Below are positions 1-9,479 of a stretch of DNA of 64,000 nucleotides, piece by piece. Every line of letters begins with the position of its first letter. The stretch's first letter is position 1. The stretch is from a virus, in IMG/VR virus record IMGVR_UViG_3300018876_000008, positions 96,001 through 160,000 of that record; one strand, written 5' to 3'. Both the position numbers and the translations under genes were made by a program. Under the pieces are notes generated by a model. That model had not been told where the DNA came from, ran no database searches, and saw nothing but the letters and a program-made list of their open reading frames with translations.

Positions 1-137
1 TTGAAATGGACATTAGAAAAAGTATGGATAAGATAATTGATAACCATAAACATAATTGGGGAAATGACCAATATAATGTTATGGGTGCCATTGAAGAAAT
101 AATGGAAGGTCTATTTCAAAAAGTACAAATAAGGTAA
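1..137 (+). CDS. 3' end of hypothetical protein (starts before window)
   Basis: Frame 3 open from window start (EMDIRKSMDKII...FQKVQIR) to TAA at 135-137, followed by a terminator. Confidence 0.7.
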   Translation, partial: EMDIRKSMDKIIDNHKHNWGNDQYNVMGAIEEIMEGLFQKVQIR

Positions 138-144
138 TAAAAAT

Positions 145-173
145 AAAAACCCAACTTATTGTTGGGTTTTTTT
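145..173. terminator. Bidirectional intrinsic terminator
   Basis: AAAAACCCAAC-TTATT-GTTGGGTTTTTTT between convergent genes. Confidence 0.85.
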
Positions 174-210
174 ATGTAATTAATCTTCGTATTCACCGTT
201 CCACATCATT

Positions 211-531
211 CTATTTTTTAAATTCATCTTCATCAACATCTTTAACTATATCATTAAGTACCATATCTAACGCATGTTCTTCATCCCATTCGTTTTCCTC
301 TTCTTTACAATTTTCGTGAACTTCATTAATTACTCCTTTAAAGTGAACATGTTCTTTAGGTAAGTAGATACTTGCTAAGATTTCAATGACAGTCGCCACA
401 AAAGCTATAACTGCAGTTATGTAAGCTGATTCATAAAGAGCTGAGAAAAATTCAACTACATGAAATAGTGAATGTAACCTTAATCCCCATCTTATGAAAC
501 TTACTAATATTTTATTGTGAGAATCTTTCAC
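211..531 (-). CDS. Hypothetical membrane protein
   Basis: 106 aa ORF with hydrophobic segment and acidic tail. Confidence 0.7.
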   Translation of the reverse strand: MKDSHNKILVSFIRWGLRLHSLFHVVEFFSALYESAYITAVIAFVATVIEILASIYLPKEHVHFKGVINEVHENCKEEENEWDEEHALDMVLNDIVKDVDEDEFKK

Positions 532-796
532 TACCTAACATATATTTTAACACAGATTGAGGTATTCCTGAATTTGTGAATTGGTTTAATTTTGCTAACG
601 CTTGAGTTACATCATAAGCAAGTATAGAAACGGTCTTTTCCACCTTACCGTCAAGGTAAGTACATTGATAAATTAAATTATCTTTTACTTTTGAAGTACC
701 TAATAATTTAATTTCTATTACTACGGCATCTCTACCTAACTCCGTAAGTGACTCACGGAATTCTTGCTCTTCTTTTTTGTATTTTTTTCTAATCAT
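512..796 (-). CDS. Hypothetical protein
   Basis: 94 aa ORF in a tight minus-strand run. Confidence 0.7.
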   Translation of the reverse strand: MIRKKYKKEEQEFRESLTELGRDAVVIEIKLLGTSKVKDNLIYQCTYLDGKVEKTVSILAYDVTQALAKLNQFTNSGIPQSVLKYMLGSERFSQ

Positions 797-950
797 TTTT
801 TTCTCTAATTTTTTTATAGGCTAATTCGTAAACATCTTCTAATAACATATTAGGATGTTTGTCTCTAATATTAGAAACGTTATTAAATAACTCCATACGC
901 TTATTTAAATAATACGCTTCATAAACTAATTCTTCAATTCTATTACTCAT
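789..950 (-). CDS. Small hypothetical protein (53 aa, not in ORF track)
   Basis: MSNRIEELVYEAYYLNKRMELF...KKIREKND*; overlaps the start of the next gene; downstream of TACATTTG at 1162-1169. Confidence 0.6.
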   Translation of the reverse strand: MSNRIEELVYEAYYLNKRMELFNNVSNIRDKHPNMLLEDVYELAYKKIREKND

Positions 951-1225
951 TTTTTTACATTAATGGACCAGCACTACAAGTGTGAATTGCAGCTTTGATT
1001 CTTTGTTCTTCCATCCATTTAATGAACTTCCAAAATTCAACTATCTTTTTGACTATTTTCATCATTTAATTTTTTTTGGTCAGTAAACGTCACAAATAAA
1101 CCTCCGACCATAATACCTACACCGAGACCATACATAAACATTTCCATTATTCTATTTTTTTACAAATGTAATAAAAAGTGTCCTAAATAAAAAGAATATA
1201 CGATATTTTTTTTTATTTGTTTCAA

Positions 1226-1232
1226 TATTTAT
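1226..1232 (+). promoter_or_regulatory. TATTTAT motif (putative phage late promoter), representative copy
   Basis: Exactly 4 nt before ATG here and at 7981, 10200, 11655, 34181, 45102 (+) and 7282-7288, 14693-14699 (-); with longer leaders before many other genes. Confidence 0.75.
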
Positions 1233-1236
1233 AGGT

Positions 1237-2232
1237 ATGAGTTTATATGATGAGATAATAGATTACATTAAAGGGAGAGTTTACCATAGGGAAAATAATC
1301 TTGAATGGGAAGAACACGACATGGAGTATAATCACCCATTAGCAGGTATTGAAAAATCTCATATTTTTAATGCTGATGGAGTCCCTTCTTTCGATATTAA
1401 TAAAATTGGAGAGATGAGTGATGATGAGTTAGAAAATATTCAAAAGTATTTTAACGACTTTGAGACCGCTAATAGATTTAGGGTGAGGACCAATTATGGT
1501 GAGGGTGATGAATTAACTTTTAGGTATTACACAAATAATGACTACATTATACCATTCGCAAGTGTAGCTTACTTTCGTGAAGTACGAAATAATGTAGTTC
1601 AAGAGTTAAGAGAAAGACAAATGAAAAGGCGTAATCAAAATGCTAATGATTTAATCCCTATACTTAATAAATTTATTGAAAAACATAGTAAAAATAATCC
1701 TACATTATATCCTGATTGGTTAACTTTTAATTTTTATGAGGTAAGTTATGGTGATTTGATAGCCCAACCAGTTGTAGATATAGAAAAATTATTAAAATCT
1801 GGAGACAAACTTAGTATTGCAAAAAATACAAGAACTCTTTTAGAGAGAATATGGAATAGACTTTTAAATTCAGACACCTACCGTTCATATCAGGACACTT
1901 CACTTAATCAAGTAAAACCTAAATTACGTTTTACTAACGTTAAGTTTGATGGTTGGAACTCTTATATGAAAAATGTTGTTAATAAAGAGATAAAACCAGC
2001 CATAAAAAACCTTCCGAGAGCGAAAGAATGTGTCCATTCAATAATTTTTAGATTTAGAGGAGGTATCGATTATATAGAAATACAAATTCACCCAAGATTT
2101 AGGAAAGACTGTACTGATAATTATTGGAATCGATTCAATACTTACGATTTTAAAAATCAAATGAGAGAAGTTTTGGATGGTTATGGATGGAAACGAAATA
2201 TAAACTATTCAGATAGTACTTGGAGAGACTAA
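1237..2232 (+). CDS. Hypothetical protein (TATTTAT class)
   Basis: 331 aa ORF, motif directly upstream. Confidence 0.8.
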   Translation: MSLYDEIIDYIKGRVYHRENNLEWEEHDMEYNHPLAGIEKSHIFNADGVPSFDINKIGEMSDDELENIQKYFNDFETANRFRVRTNYGEGDELTFRYYTNNDYIIPFASVAYFREVRNNVVQELRERQMKRRNQNANDLIPILNKFIEKHSKNNPTLYPDWLTFNFYEVSYGDLIAQPVVDIEKLLKSGDKLSIAKNTRTLLERIWNRLLNSDTYRSYQDTSLNQVKPKLRFTNVKFDGWNSYMKNVVNKEIKPAIKNLPRAKECVHSIIFRFRGGIDYIEIQIHPRFRKDCTDNYWNRFNTYDFKNQMREVLDGYGWKRNINYSDSTWRD

Positions 2233-2236
2233 TAGT

Positions 2237-2875
2237 ATGGATTATAAGGACAAAATAGACGCTTTATTGAAATTTTGGGAACGTACAGGTTCTCCAAGGA
2301 TAAAAGATACTCTATTTTTCGGATGGAAATTTGAAAATATGGGACAATATTTAGATGTTTTGGGTAAATATTATGGAATTAGTGATATGAAACAACATAT
2401 GATTAACGAATATAACGAAATCCTTAAAAAATATGACAAATGTGAGTCAAATTTAGCGTTAGAACAGTGGAATGTTGAAGATTATCCCATGAGTGTACCA
2501 TATAATGGATGGGGAGGTAAGCCAACACAACACGTATACTATGATTATGACAAAAATTGGGAATTTCCGACTGAATGGTTTGAACAAAGTATAGAAATAC
2601 TTATTGATGATTCCGAAACTTACTCATCAGACGTAGAAGAGACTTTAGAACACATCGAAGGGGAAGTAACAAATTATATTTATGACTCATATGATGATAT
2701 TTGTGTTTCTGAAGCAATTAATAAAGCTCATCAATACATATATAAAAAATACGGACTATCTAGTAACATGGTAACAGGTCTTAGAGACTATGAGATACTT
2801 GATAAAATCGCTGAAAGAGAATCCGAAAAGGCTAAAAAGAGATTTTTAGAAACATATAACTTAAAGAAACTTTAA
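2237..2875 (+). CDS. Hypothetical protein
   Basis: 212 aa ORF 4 nt after the previous stop. Confidence 0.8.
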   Translation: MDYKDKIDALLKFWERTGSPRIKDTLFFGWKFENMGQYLDVLGKYYGISDMKQHMINEYNEILKKYDKCESNLALEQWNVEDYPMSVPYNGWGGKPTQHVYYDYDKNWEFPTEWFEQSIEILIDDSETYSSDVEETLEHIEGEVTNYIYDSYDDICVSEAINKAHQYIYKKYGLSSNMVTGLRDYEILDKIAERESEKAKKRFLETYNLKKL

Positions 2876-2919
2876 ATTTATATAAAAACACCTAATTTTG
2901 TTCATAAATTACAAATTTT

Positions 2920-3264
2920 ATGAATAAATTACTATTAGGTTTCATTCTTTTCTTTATTGGACAAGCCGCAATATGGTTCCAAACCAACGGACAGTTCGTT
3001 TGGCCTTGGTTTAAGAAAAATCCTCTATTAATATCAATTTTTATGGGTTCAAGTATTAGTTATGTGTTAATCTACGCAACAAGATTCATGGTTGAACACT
3101 TTGATGGTCTATTATGGCCAGGTAGATTCATCGCATTTGGTTCAGGTATCATTTCTTTTACATTTTTAACTTGGTATTTCTTAGGTGAGGGTATTACAAC
3201 CAAAACTATCGTGTCTTTGTTCTTAGCGTGTAGTCTGATAGGTATACAACTTTTTTGGAAATAA
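2920..3264 (+). CDS. Small four-helix membrane protein (SMR/DMT-like)
   Basis: 114 aa, four hydrophobic segments, YFLGEGIT before the last helix; TAATTTTG at 2893-2900. Confidence 0.6.
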   Translation: MNKLLLGFILFFIGQAAIWFQTNGQFVWPWFKKNPLLISIFMGSSISYVLIYATRFMVEHFDGLLWPGRFIAFGSGIISFTFLTWYFLGEGITTKTIVSLFLACSLIGIQLFWK

Positions 3265-3310
3265 GTTTTTAAATGAAAACTTAGATATTTATAGTAAAAC
3301 ACTATAAATT

Positions 3311-3574
3311 ATGAAGAAAATTGTGGATTGGGTCTGTGGACTACTTAAAGATGAGAAAGGAACACCATCATCAAAAAGATTTATTGGTATAATATCAGGA
3401 TTATCACTTTGTGTGGCTTTATTTATCAATTTATACACAGAACAACCCGTTGAACCTACACTTGTACAAGCAGTCGCTGCGATTTGTATTGGTGGATTAG
3501 GATTAGCGTCTGCAGATAAGATATGGGGTAAACATAAGCCTTGGGGTGACAAGAATTCAAACGAACATGAGTAA
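3311..3574 (+). CDS. Small two-TM phage membrane protein (possible holin-like)
   Basis: DEKGTPSSKR followed by two hydrophobic helices; TATTTAT upstream. Confidence 0.55.
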   Translation: MKKIVDWVCGLLKDEKGTPSSKRFIGIISGLSLCVALFINLYTEQPVEPTLVQAVAAICIGGLGLASADKIWGKHKPWGDKNSNEHE

Positions 3575-4886
3575 AAAAATACAATTAACAGAACAAGAAG
3601 TGTCCTCAATTAGAGGATTATACCCATTAGTTAACGAAAAAGTACTTAATGAACAAAGTGTATATGAAAAAATTAAGAAATCTTATAGTGAGCCTTGTAG
3701 TGGTAGTAATGAAATAAAAAAACCTGTAGTAAATGTTAAGGTAGTATTTGATAAAGAGGGTATACCTATCAGGGCTAACTTTTTTTTAAAGGGATATTTT
3801 GGTGCCACTAAGAGTGCCGATGAAGTTTACAAATCAGCATTACTACAAATGAAAGAAAAAATATTCGCAGAACTAAAGGCTAAACGAGTTATAGGTAACT
3901 ATGATTTAGGTTTGGTCTTTATTAAAAAAGTTATAGGTTCTGCAAGTAATTTCTTAAATGGACCACTTCTTCCCACACATAGTTTGTACGGTAAACCTAT
4001 ATCACCTCAAGCTTTAACTCGTGAACCTTATAATAATTTACCTAAAGAAGGTGATTCTAATTGGAATAAAAATAAGGGATATGCTGATAGTAGATGGAAA
4101 AATATGGTTTCTTTTATAAAAAATAATGGAGACTCGATTGGTTTTTCTGTTGGAGAACAATTAAGAGACCCTAAAAATATTGAATCTAGAATCACAGACA
4201 CTGGTGGGTGTACTGACGAAAAAAGAGATATTAATAATTTCCCTAACCCTGGTCAATTTGTTGTCATTGAAGGCGTAATGAAATTAACTCCACAACCAAT
4301 GGACGATGATTTAATACAGCAATTAACCGAATGTGCTGAAGGACTTAAAATTATTGTAGGTTACTTTAATCAATCAATGAGTGCAATGGATACAGGTATT
4401 CGAATGCCACAAAATAGTAGGGGACATAAATGTGATTATGCCACATTTACTGTTTATTGTAACGATATTCCTGTAGGGGTATCAAATATGAATAACGGTG
4501 ACCAAAGAGTAAGAAGTAACAATCCAAAGGCACGTGTTGGAATAGACCAAAGTAACGTTAGATATAGAGCACCAAAAGCAGTCGGTGATACTGTCTACAG
4601 TCTAATAACGGTTGGTACTAAACAATTAGAAGAAATAATTAAAAAGAGTGCTAATGGTAGAGTGAAGATGAGAATTCAAGGAACTCCAAACACTTTATTA
4701 CGTCCGTCAACAAAAGGATATCATGGTGATGCTCCAATGGTATGCGCATATGTTGAAGAAGATAACGGAGATAAGAGAATAGTTTATGGACCTAAAGAAC
4801 CTTTTGGTGGTTCAGGAGATGTTGGACCAGGTAAGTCACAATCACTTGGTTCCTTTAATCCTTGTATAACGATAGATAAAGTTTAA
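3567..4886 (+). CDS. Putative virion protein with OmpA-like peptidoglycan-binding region
   Basis: ATG 3567 overlaps the upstream gene end; leader LTEQE...VNE...LNEQ; VIGSAS...NKGYADSR resembles the OmpA_C GxxS...NxxLSxxRA pattern. Confidence 0.5.
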   Translation: MSKKIQLTEQEVSSIRGLYPLVNEKVLNEQSVYEKIKKSYSEPCSGSNEIKKPVVNVKVVFDKEGIPIRANFFLKGYFGATKSADEVYKSALLQMKEKIFAELKAKRVIGNYDLGLVFIKKVIGSASNFLNGPLLPTHSLYGKPISPQALTREPYNNLPKEGDSNWNKNKGYADSRWKNMVSFIKNNGDSIGFSVGEQLRDPKNIESRITDTGGCTDEKRDINNFPNPGQFVVIEGVMKLTPQPMDDDLIQQLTECAEGLKIIVGYFNQSMSAMDTGIRMPQNSRGHKCDYATFTVYCNDIPVGVSNMNNGDQRVRSNNPKARVGIDQSNVRYRAPKAVGDTVYSLITVGTKQLEEIIKKSANGRVKMRIQGTPNTLLRPSTKGYHGDAPMVCAYVEEDNGDKRIVYGPKEPFGGSGDVGPGKSQSLGSFNPCITIDKV

Positions 4887-5383
4887 GCATCTAACCACAA
4901 TACAAAAGTAGAATACACTACTTTAAAGTCATAGTTATTTTTAGTAAAGATACTATTACCACAGTTCACCGCACCTACAGTAGCTCCTTTATTTAACATT
5001 GCTTTATTGTGACCTTTAGAGACCTTCCAAGAATCTACAATTTTTTCTGCAATATCATCAATAGAATCCTCGATTCCGTTTATGGATACCATAGATACAT
5101 TTTCATTTCCTAAAATATAATCGTTATCGACAAATACCATTAGTCTGTCTGTGAATTTTGGTGTTGTACTATTTTCAGTATGTGACAACCTACCTTCTAC
5201 AATCATATATTTAGTATGAACCTCAACAGATAAAAAGGTTTTTTCACACCAAATTAATTCATTTAGTCCATTCTCAACCCTGTACTCATTGATTTTTTCG
5301 AATACTTTTAAGTCTAACGTTGTTTGTGAATACACATTTAACATTAGTATCGTAAATAATATGGTTAGTATCTTTCTTTTCAT
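4883..5383 (-). CDS. Secreted CAP/SCP domain protein
   Basis: Signal peptide (VYS/Q); INEYRVENGL, HTKYM, LSH, ENV, WKVSKGHNKAML; start at ATG 5383, 4 nt after TATCTTTG. Confidence 0.85.
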   Translation of the reverse strand: MKRKILTILFTILMLNVYSQTTLDLKVFEKINEYRVENGLNELIWCEKTFLSVEVHTKYMIVEGRLSHTENSTTPKFTDRLMVFVDNDYILGNENVSMVSINGIEDSIDDIAEKIVDSWKVSKGHNKAMLNKGATVGAVNCGNSIFTKNNYDFKVVYSTFVLWLDA

Positions 5384-5387
5384 ATTA

Positions 5388-5395
5388 CAAAGATA
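5388..5395 (-). promoter_or_regulatory. Bacteroidota sigma70-type -7 element TAnnTTTG, representative copy
   Basis: TATCTTTG; further copies before genes at 9087, 12010, 33665, 35516 (+) and 15225, 27005, 54619, 56442 (-), among others. Confidence 0.8.
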
Positions 5396-5445
5396 CAAAA
5401 AATATTTGAATTAAACACGATATTTATTATAAAAGAACAAACTCT

Positions 5446-5799
5446 ATGAATTGTTGGACAACAAAATTATTTAAACATTTTCAATCTTATTACGGTAAAG
5501 AAGTTAATAAGTGTCAAATAGCTTTTGAAAGTGGTGAATTTAAAAATATTATAGGTTCTATGTCAAGAACATTTATTATTGAACCTGAAGATTTTTTAAA
5601 TATCCTATTAGTTAAGACTGCACATTTTGGTAAGGAGTGTTTTAAAGATGACAAAATAGAAAGAATAAAACTTTATGATAAATGTGTTTTTATTGCCAAA
5701 AAATATAAAATAGATTTACCTAAAGATGTTGAAATGTTAATAGATGACAGAAAACAAAAAGTAGGATTGTTTAATAAACTAAAATCAATTTTTAAATAA
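5446..5799 (+). CDS. Hypothetical protein
   Basis: 117 aa ORF, TATTTAT at 5421. Confidence 0.7.
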   Translation: MNCWTTKLFKHFQSYYGKEVNKCQIAFESGEFKNIIGSMSRTFIIEPEDFLNILLVKTAHFGKECFKDDKIERIKLYDKCVFIAKKYKIDLPKDVEMLIDDRKQKVGLFNKLKSIFK

Positions 5800-6209
5800 T
5801 GAAAAAACAAGAAAAACAATACATCATTACAGAATCACAATTAAAAACGGTGATTAAAGACGTTATCAAAGAACAAGGTCTTTATGGGAACACTTCTGAC
5901 GTTGTTGATTACGATTTACCTGAATACTTATCCGATGTTATTATTTTAAGTAATTTAGAATCAATGAACGATGTTGAAAATGCGGTTAAAGAATTACATA
6001 AAAGACTTATGAGATTAGAAAAAGGTCTTGACACTGCAGGTTCACACCAAAAAGCTTACGGAACGGGTTTAAATTACGCTGAAAAAAATAAGAAAGATAA
6101 GAGGGATTTAGATAGGGATATCGAAGATAAAGCAGAGTCAGAAGAAAGAGATGAGGAACTAAGAAGAGAAATCGAAGCTCTTCAAAAGATGATTCAAAGT
6201 AATGACTAA
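5799..6209 (+). CDS. Hypothetical protein with ITE/IKE leader
   Basis: MKKQEKQYIITESQLKTVIKDVIKEQ N-terminus; coiled-coil-like tail. Confidence 0.75.
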   Translation: MKKQEKQYIITESQLKTVIKDVIKEQGLYGNTSDVVDYDLPEYLSDVIILSNLESMNDVENAVKELHKRLMRLEKGLDTAGSHQKAYGTGLNYAEKNKKDKRDLDRDIEDKAESEERDEELRREIEALQKMIQSND

Positions 6210-6831
6210 CAAAGAAGATTTTAAAATTGCTACCGAAAAATTATTAAATACTTTAGGTCGTGACATGGGTATTAAATACTATGGGTTTGATACTGAATAT
6301 GAAGTTGCTAGTATTGTCGATTATACTACCGGTAAAGAAATTACAGACTTTGATTTGAATGATTACGAGAATTATACTGTGATAGTTAAATCTAAAAAAC
6401 CACTTCCTGAAATATTTGATGTAAAAATTGAACCGTTATTTAGATATGGTAAGTATGCTCAACCTGAGGACTTAAAATTTAATTTAGAATATCTTACTCA
6501 ATATATAACACCAAATAGGTTAGGTATAGACCTTGTCGGACCTGAGTGGAAATATGGGGATAGTACATACGCTACTTCAAAATCTTTTGAAGAAAAATGG
6601 GGTAGAAGTTTAGAAAGGGACGCGAATGATTTTAAATTAAATCCCGATAATTGGATACTACTAAGTAATGATGTCGTTGTCGATAAATTAACTGGTGATA
6701 GTTTTCCTTTAATGTATAATGGGTTGATTGATAAAACTGAAGTATGGAACATAGCCAGAGTTGATGACGATGAGTGGTGGAATTCTTTAAATGATGAGGA
6801 TAAAGAAAAGTTAAATGATAACTTTAGTTAG
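6202..6831 (+). CDS. Hypothetical protein
   Basis: 209 aa ORF. Confidence 0.75.
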   Translation: MTNKEDFKIATEKLLNTLGRDMGIKYYGFDTEYEVASIVDYTTGKEITDFDLNDYENYTVIVKSKKPLPEIFDVKIEPLFRYGKYAQPEDLKFNLEYLTQYITPNRLGIDLVGPEWKYGDSTYATSKSFEEKWGRSLERDANDFKLNPDNWILLSNDVVVDKLTGDSFPLMYNGLIDKTEVWNIARVDDDEWWNSLNDEDKEKLNDNFS

Positions 6832-7277
6832 TGAAATTGAGAACTAGCGGGTCTACCAAACATATGGTCATTCCAAATAACTTGACCTTCATCACCAATT
6901 ATAGATAATTCAATAGCCACTTTAGGTTGATTCTTACCCTTAGGTAAAATAACATTTAGTATTTGTTCAGGTATTATAATATCCGCCAAATAAAATGGGT
7001 CAATACCGTATTCCCATATTTCATTTTCTATTTCATCATAACCTTCGATTTCACCATTTTTAATCTCTTTATCAAAATTAAGTGGGATGTCAGTGTATAA
7101 TGTTACCTTAAAAATATAGTGTTCGTATTTAGTAGTGAATTGACTATTAGAAGTTTTTTCTACAAATTCAAAATCGATTGCATTAATTTCAAATTTATCT
7201 TTATAGATTGACCTTAATGTAGGGGTATTTAAAAGTACTTTACCTAACTCAACTATTTTATCTATATCTAATTCCAT
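6828..7277 (-). CDS. Hypothetical protein
   Basis: 149 aa ORF, TATTTAT 4 nt before ATG. Confidence 0.75.
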   Translation of the reverse strand: MELDIDKIVELGKVLLNTPTLRSIYKDKFEINAIDFEFVEKTSNSQFTTKYEHYIFKVTLYTDIPLNFDKEIKNGEIEGYDEIENEIWEYGIDPFYLADIIIPEQILNVILPKGKNQPKVAIELSIIGDEGQVIWNDHMFGRPASSQFH

Positions 7278-7304
7278 AACTATAAATATAACTATTTATA
7301 TATA

Positions 7305-7961
7305 ATGAATAGAAGTGAAGAATTAAATAAAAGAAGGGAACAATTAAAAATTGACCACGAAGCTAAGACAAATTTAGAAATGGTTAGAAAGGTCTTAGAT
7401 GGGTTAGCTTTTAAAAATTTAGATGTTAATTATGATATTAAAATTAATAAAAAACATCTAGGTGCAACATTACCATATTACTATGATATTTGGGTGGATG
7501 TTGATGTTGATAAACATTACTCAAAATCCCCTAATTATGACCAACAGTATGTGGATGTGATTTATGACTTAGAACAAAAAATAGAAAATGCATTAAGATA
7601 TGTTAATCTACAAAATTATTTTGGGGGTGTCATATTTGACTACCAAAATGATGAATTAGTAGAATTTGAAATAAATCGATTAAATGACCGATTTAAAAAA
7701 TACATTCAATCACAATTCCCCAATGTAACTGATACAGATTATATTGGTGCTGATATATATTTTTATTTTTATAAAAGTGAAACTGATAATCCATACATGA
7801 GAGTAGAATTTATAGGTAACCCTCCATTCGCCCATGACCCTGAAACGGGTGAAGATTATGATGTATTTAGTTGTGACGAATTATATGAGATGATGAACAA
7901 TTTTTATTTCACTTCTCCACTATCTTCTGAATTCGAATACGAAAACTTTACTTGCTCCTAA
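7305..7961 (+). CDS. Hypothetical protein
   Basis: 218 aa ORF. Confidence 0.75.
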   Translation: MNRSEELNKRREQLKIDHEAKTNLEMVRKVLDGLAFKNLDVNYDIKINKKHLGATLPYYYDIWVDVDVDKHYSKSPNYDQQYVDVIYDLEQKIENALRYVNLQNYFGGVIFDYQNDELVEFEINRLNDRFKKYIQSQFPNVTDTDYIGADIYFYFYKSETDNPYMRVEFIGNPPFAHDPETGEDYDVFSCDELYEMMNNFYFTSPLSSEFEYENFTCS

Positions 7962-7991
7962 TATATTAAGTATTAGTTGATATTTATCTAT

Positions 7992-9071
7992 ATGAAACAG
8001 ATTAAACTTGTCAATGTATTAAAAGAATCGGTACAAGAAATGTACTCACAAGACAAAACATCATCGGGTGTGGGAGAACTTGTATTTGACAAAATTTGGT
8101 ACTCACAACAATATGGTAACTCGGTATACTTTTCAAATTTTGATAAATCCTTAGGTTCAGTTGCTAACAGTAGTAAATTAAAGTTAACTGATAAAAAAAC
8201 GGGTGAGGAATACATTTTTGATTCCGAAGATTTAAGAAGCACTAGAAACGGTAAAACATTATACATTCCTATGGGAGAGATTAAACAACTCTACCCAAGA
8301 TTACTTTCAGATTTATTAGATAAAGAACATAAAAATAAAAATGAAAACTTAAGTGTTAATACACTAAAAACAAAAGCCTCAGGAATACCTCAACTTATAT
8401 TAGATATTTTAAAAGAAGTGTACCCAAATAATTGGGGTAAGATTGACGAACCTGGATGTGAAACATTAGAAGGGGTCATCGATATCTTTCCCGCGATGGA
8501 AGGGGAAAGATGGTCTATACTAAATTTCTTCGATACTAATCCAGGTGTAATCAGATTATTATTAGAAAAATATCAGGACGAAAACGAGGATACTACATTA
8601 GAAGGATTCAAAGATTACCTAAGAGATAATAAGGATGAATTGTTCAGAGCTGACAGTCCATTCTTACAAACATTAGTAAAGAGAAACTTACAATCATTCG
8701 AAAGAGGGTGGAAGACCGAAGCAGAGGTCATAGACATCGTTAAAAGAGAGAATCCCGAACTAACTGATGAAGACTTTGTACAATACTGTTTAGGTTCAAT
8801 ACAAGACCGTGTAAGTGGTGTAGACTTTAAAGTTAAAGGAAAGGGTTACCAAACAAAACCAGCGTCTAAAATGGAAAGATTAAGAAACGGTGGTATAAGA
8901 GTACAAACTTATGGTATGAGAGATTGGTACAAAAGAAAACCTGAGATAGATTACATACTATATTCTAACGGTAAAAACATAGCCGTATTCCCTAACAGTA
9001 ACTATACAGTTTCGAAAGATGGTAAAACAGTAACACATTTCGGACCCATAGTTAAAGATTCATTTGTATAA
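7992..9071 (+). CDS. Protein with C-terminal PD-(D/E)xK nuclease-like domain
   Basis: GWKTEAEV...DRVSGVDFKV..GYQTKP pattern; ATG 7992 is 4 nt after TATTTAT; leader VLKESVQE. Confidence 0.5.
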   Translation: MKQIKLVNVLKESVQEMYSQDKTSSGVGELVFDKIWYSQQYGNSVYFSNFDKSLGSVANSSKLKLTDKKTGEEYIFDSEDLRSTRNGKTLYIPMGEIKQLYPRLLSDLLDKEHKNKNENLSVNTLKTKASGIPQLILDILKEVYPNNWGKIDEPGCETLEGVIDIFPAMEGERWSILNFFDTNPGVIRLLLEKYQDENEDTTLEGFKDYLRDNKDELFRADSPFLQTLVKRNLQSFERGWKTEAEVIDIVKRENPELTDEDFVQYCLGSIQDRVSGVDFKVKGKGYQTKPASKMERLRNGGIRVQTYGMRDWYKRKPEIDYILYSNGKNIAVFPNSNYTVSKDGKTVTHFGPIVKDSFV

Positions 9072-9113
9072 ATAAAATTATTATTCTATATTTGTCCTAT
9101 AACAAAGACAGAT

Positions 9114-9404
9114 ATGAGTAAATACCGAGTAGTTCGAGAAGATTATTATAATGAACGGGGTATCTCTTTTGATACATGTTTCTTTATTCAAAAACAAAAA
9201 TCATTTCTATTTTTTAAAAGATGGGTATATATCACACATAAGGATGTGGGAATTAAAACTCTAAATAAAGTACCTCTACATTTTAAAGGTGGACTACTCG
9301 AAGCTGAAGATTTTATTAAAGATGTTCTCAGTAAAGATATTATGATTAATGGTCATCATCTTTCTGTCCTAAAAGAGTATGACTCTAAGGGTGTCAGTAT
9401 ATAA
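9114..9404 (+). CDS. Hypothetical protein
   Basis: 96 aa ORF; TATATTTG at 9087-9094. Confidence 0.7.
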   Translation: MSKYRVVREDYYNERGISFDTCFFIQKQKSFLFFKRWVYITHKDVGIKTLNKVPLHFKGGLLEAEDFIKDVLSKDIMINGHHLSVLKEYDSKGVSI

Positions 9405-9479
9405 ATTTCTAAATTTTTTTGTGTCTACATTTCTCAGGCGGGGGGTCTTTAAAAAACTTTCTATTGTAAACCTCAAGGT

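Noticed and set aside
7281-7288. TATAAATA as a T4-type late promoter
   Set aside because: The motif consistently reads TATTTAT in the sense direction of the adjacent gene; the T4 orientation would point away from the start codons
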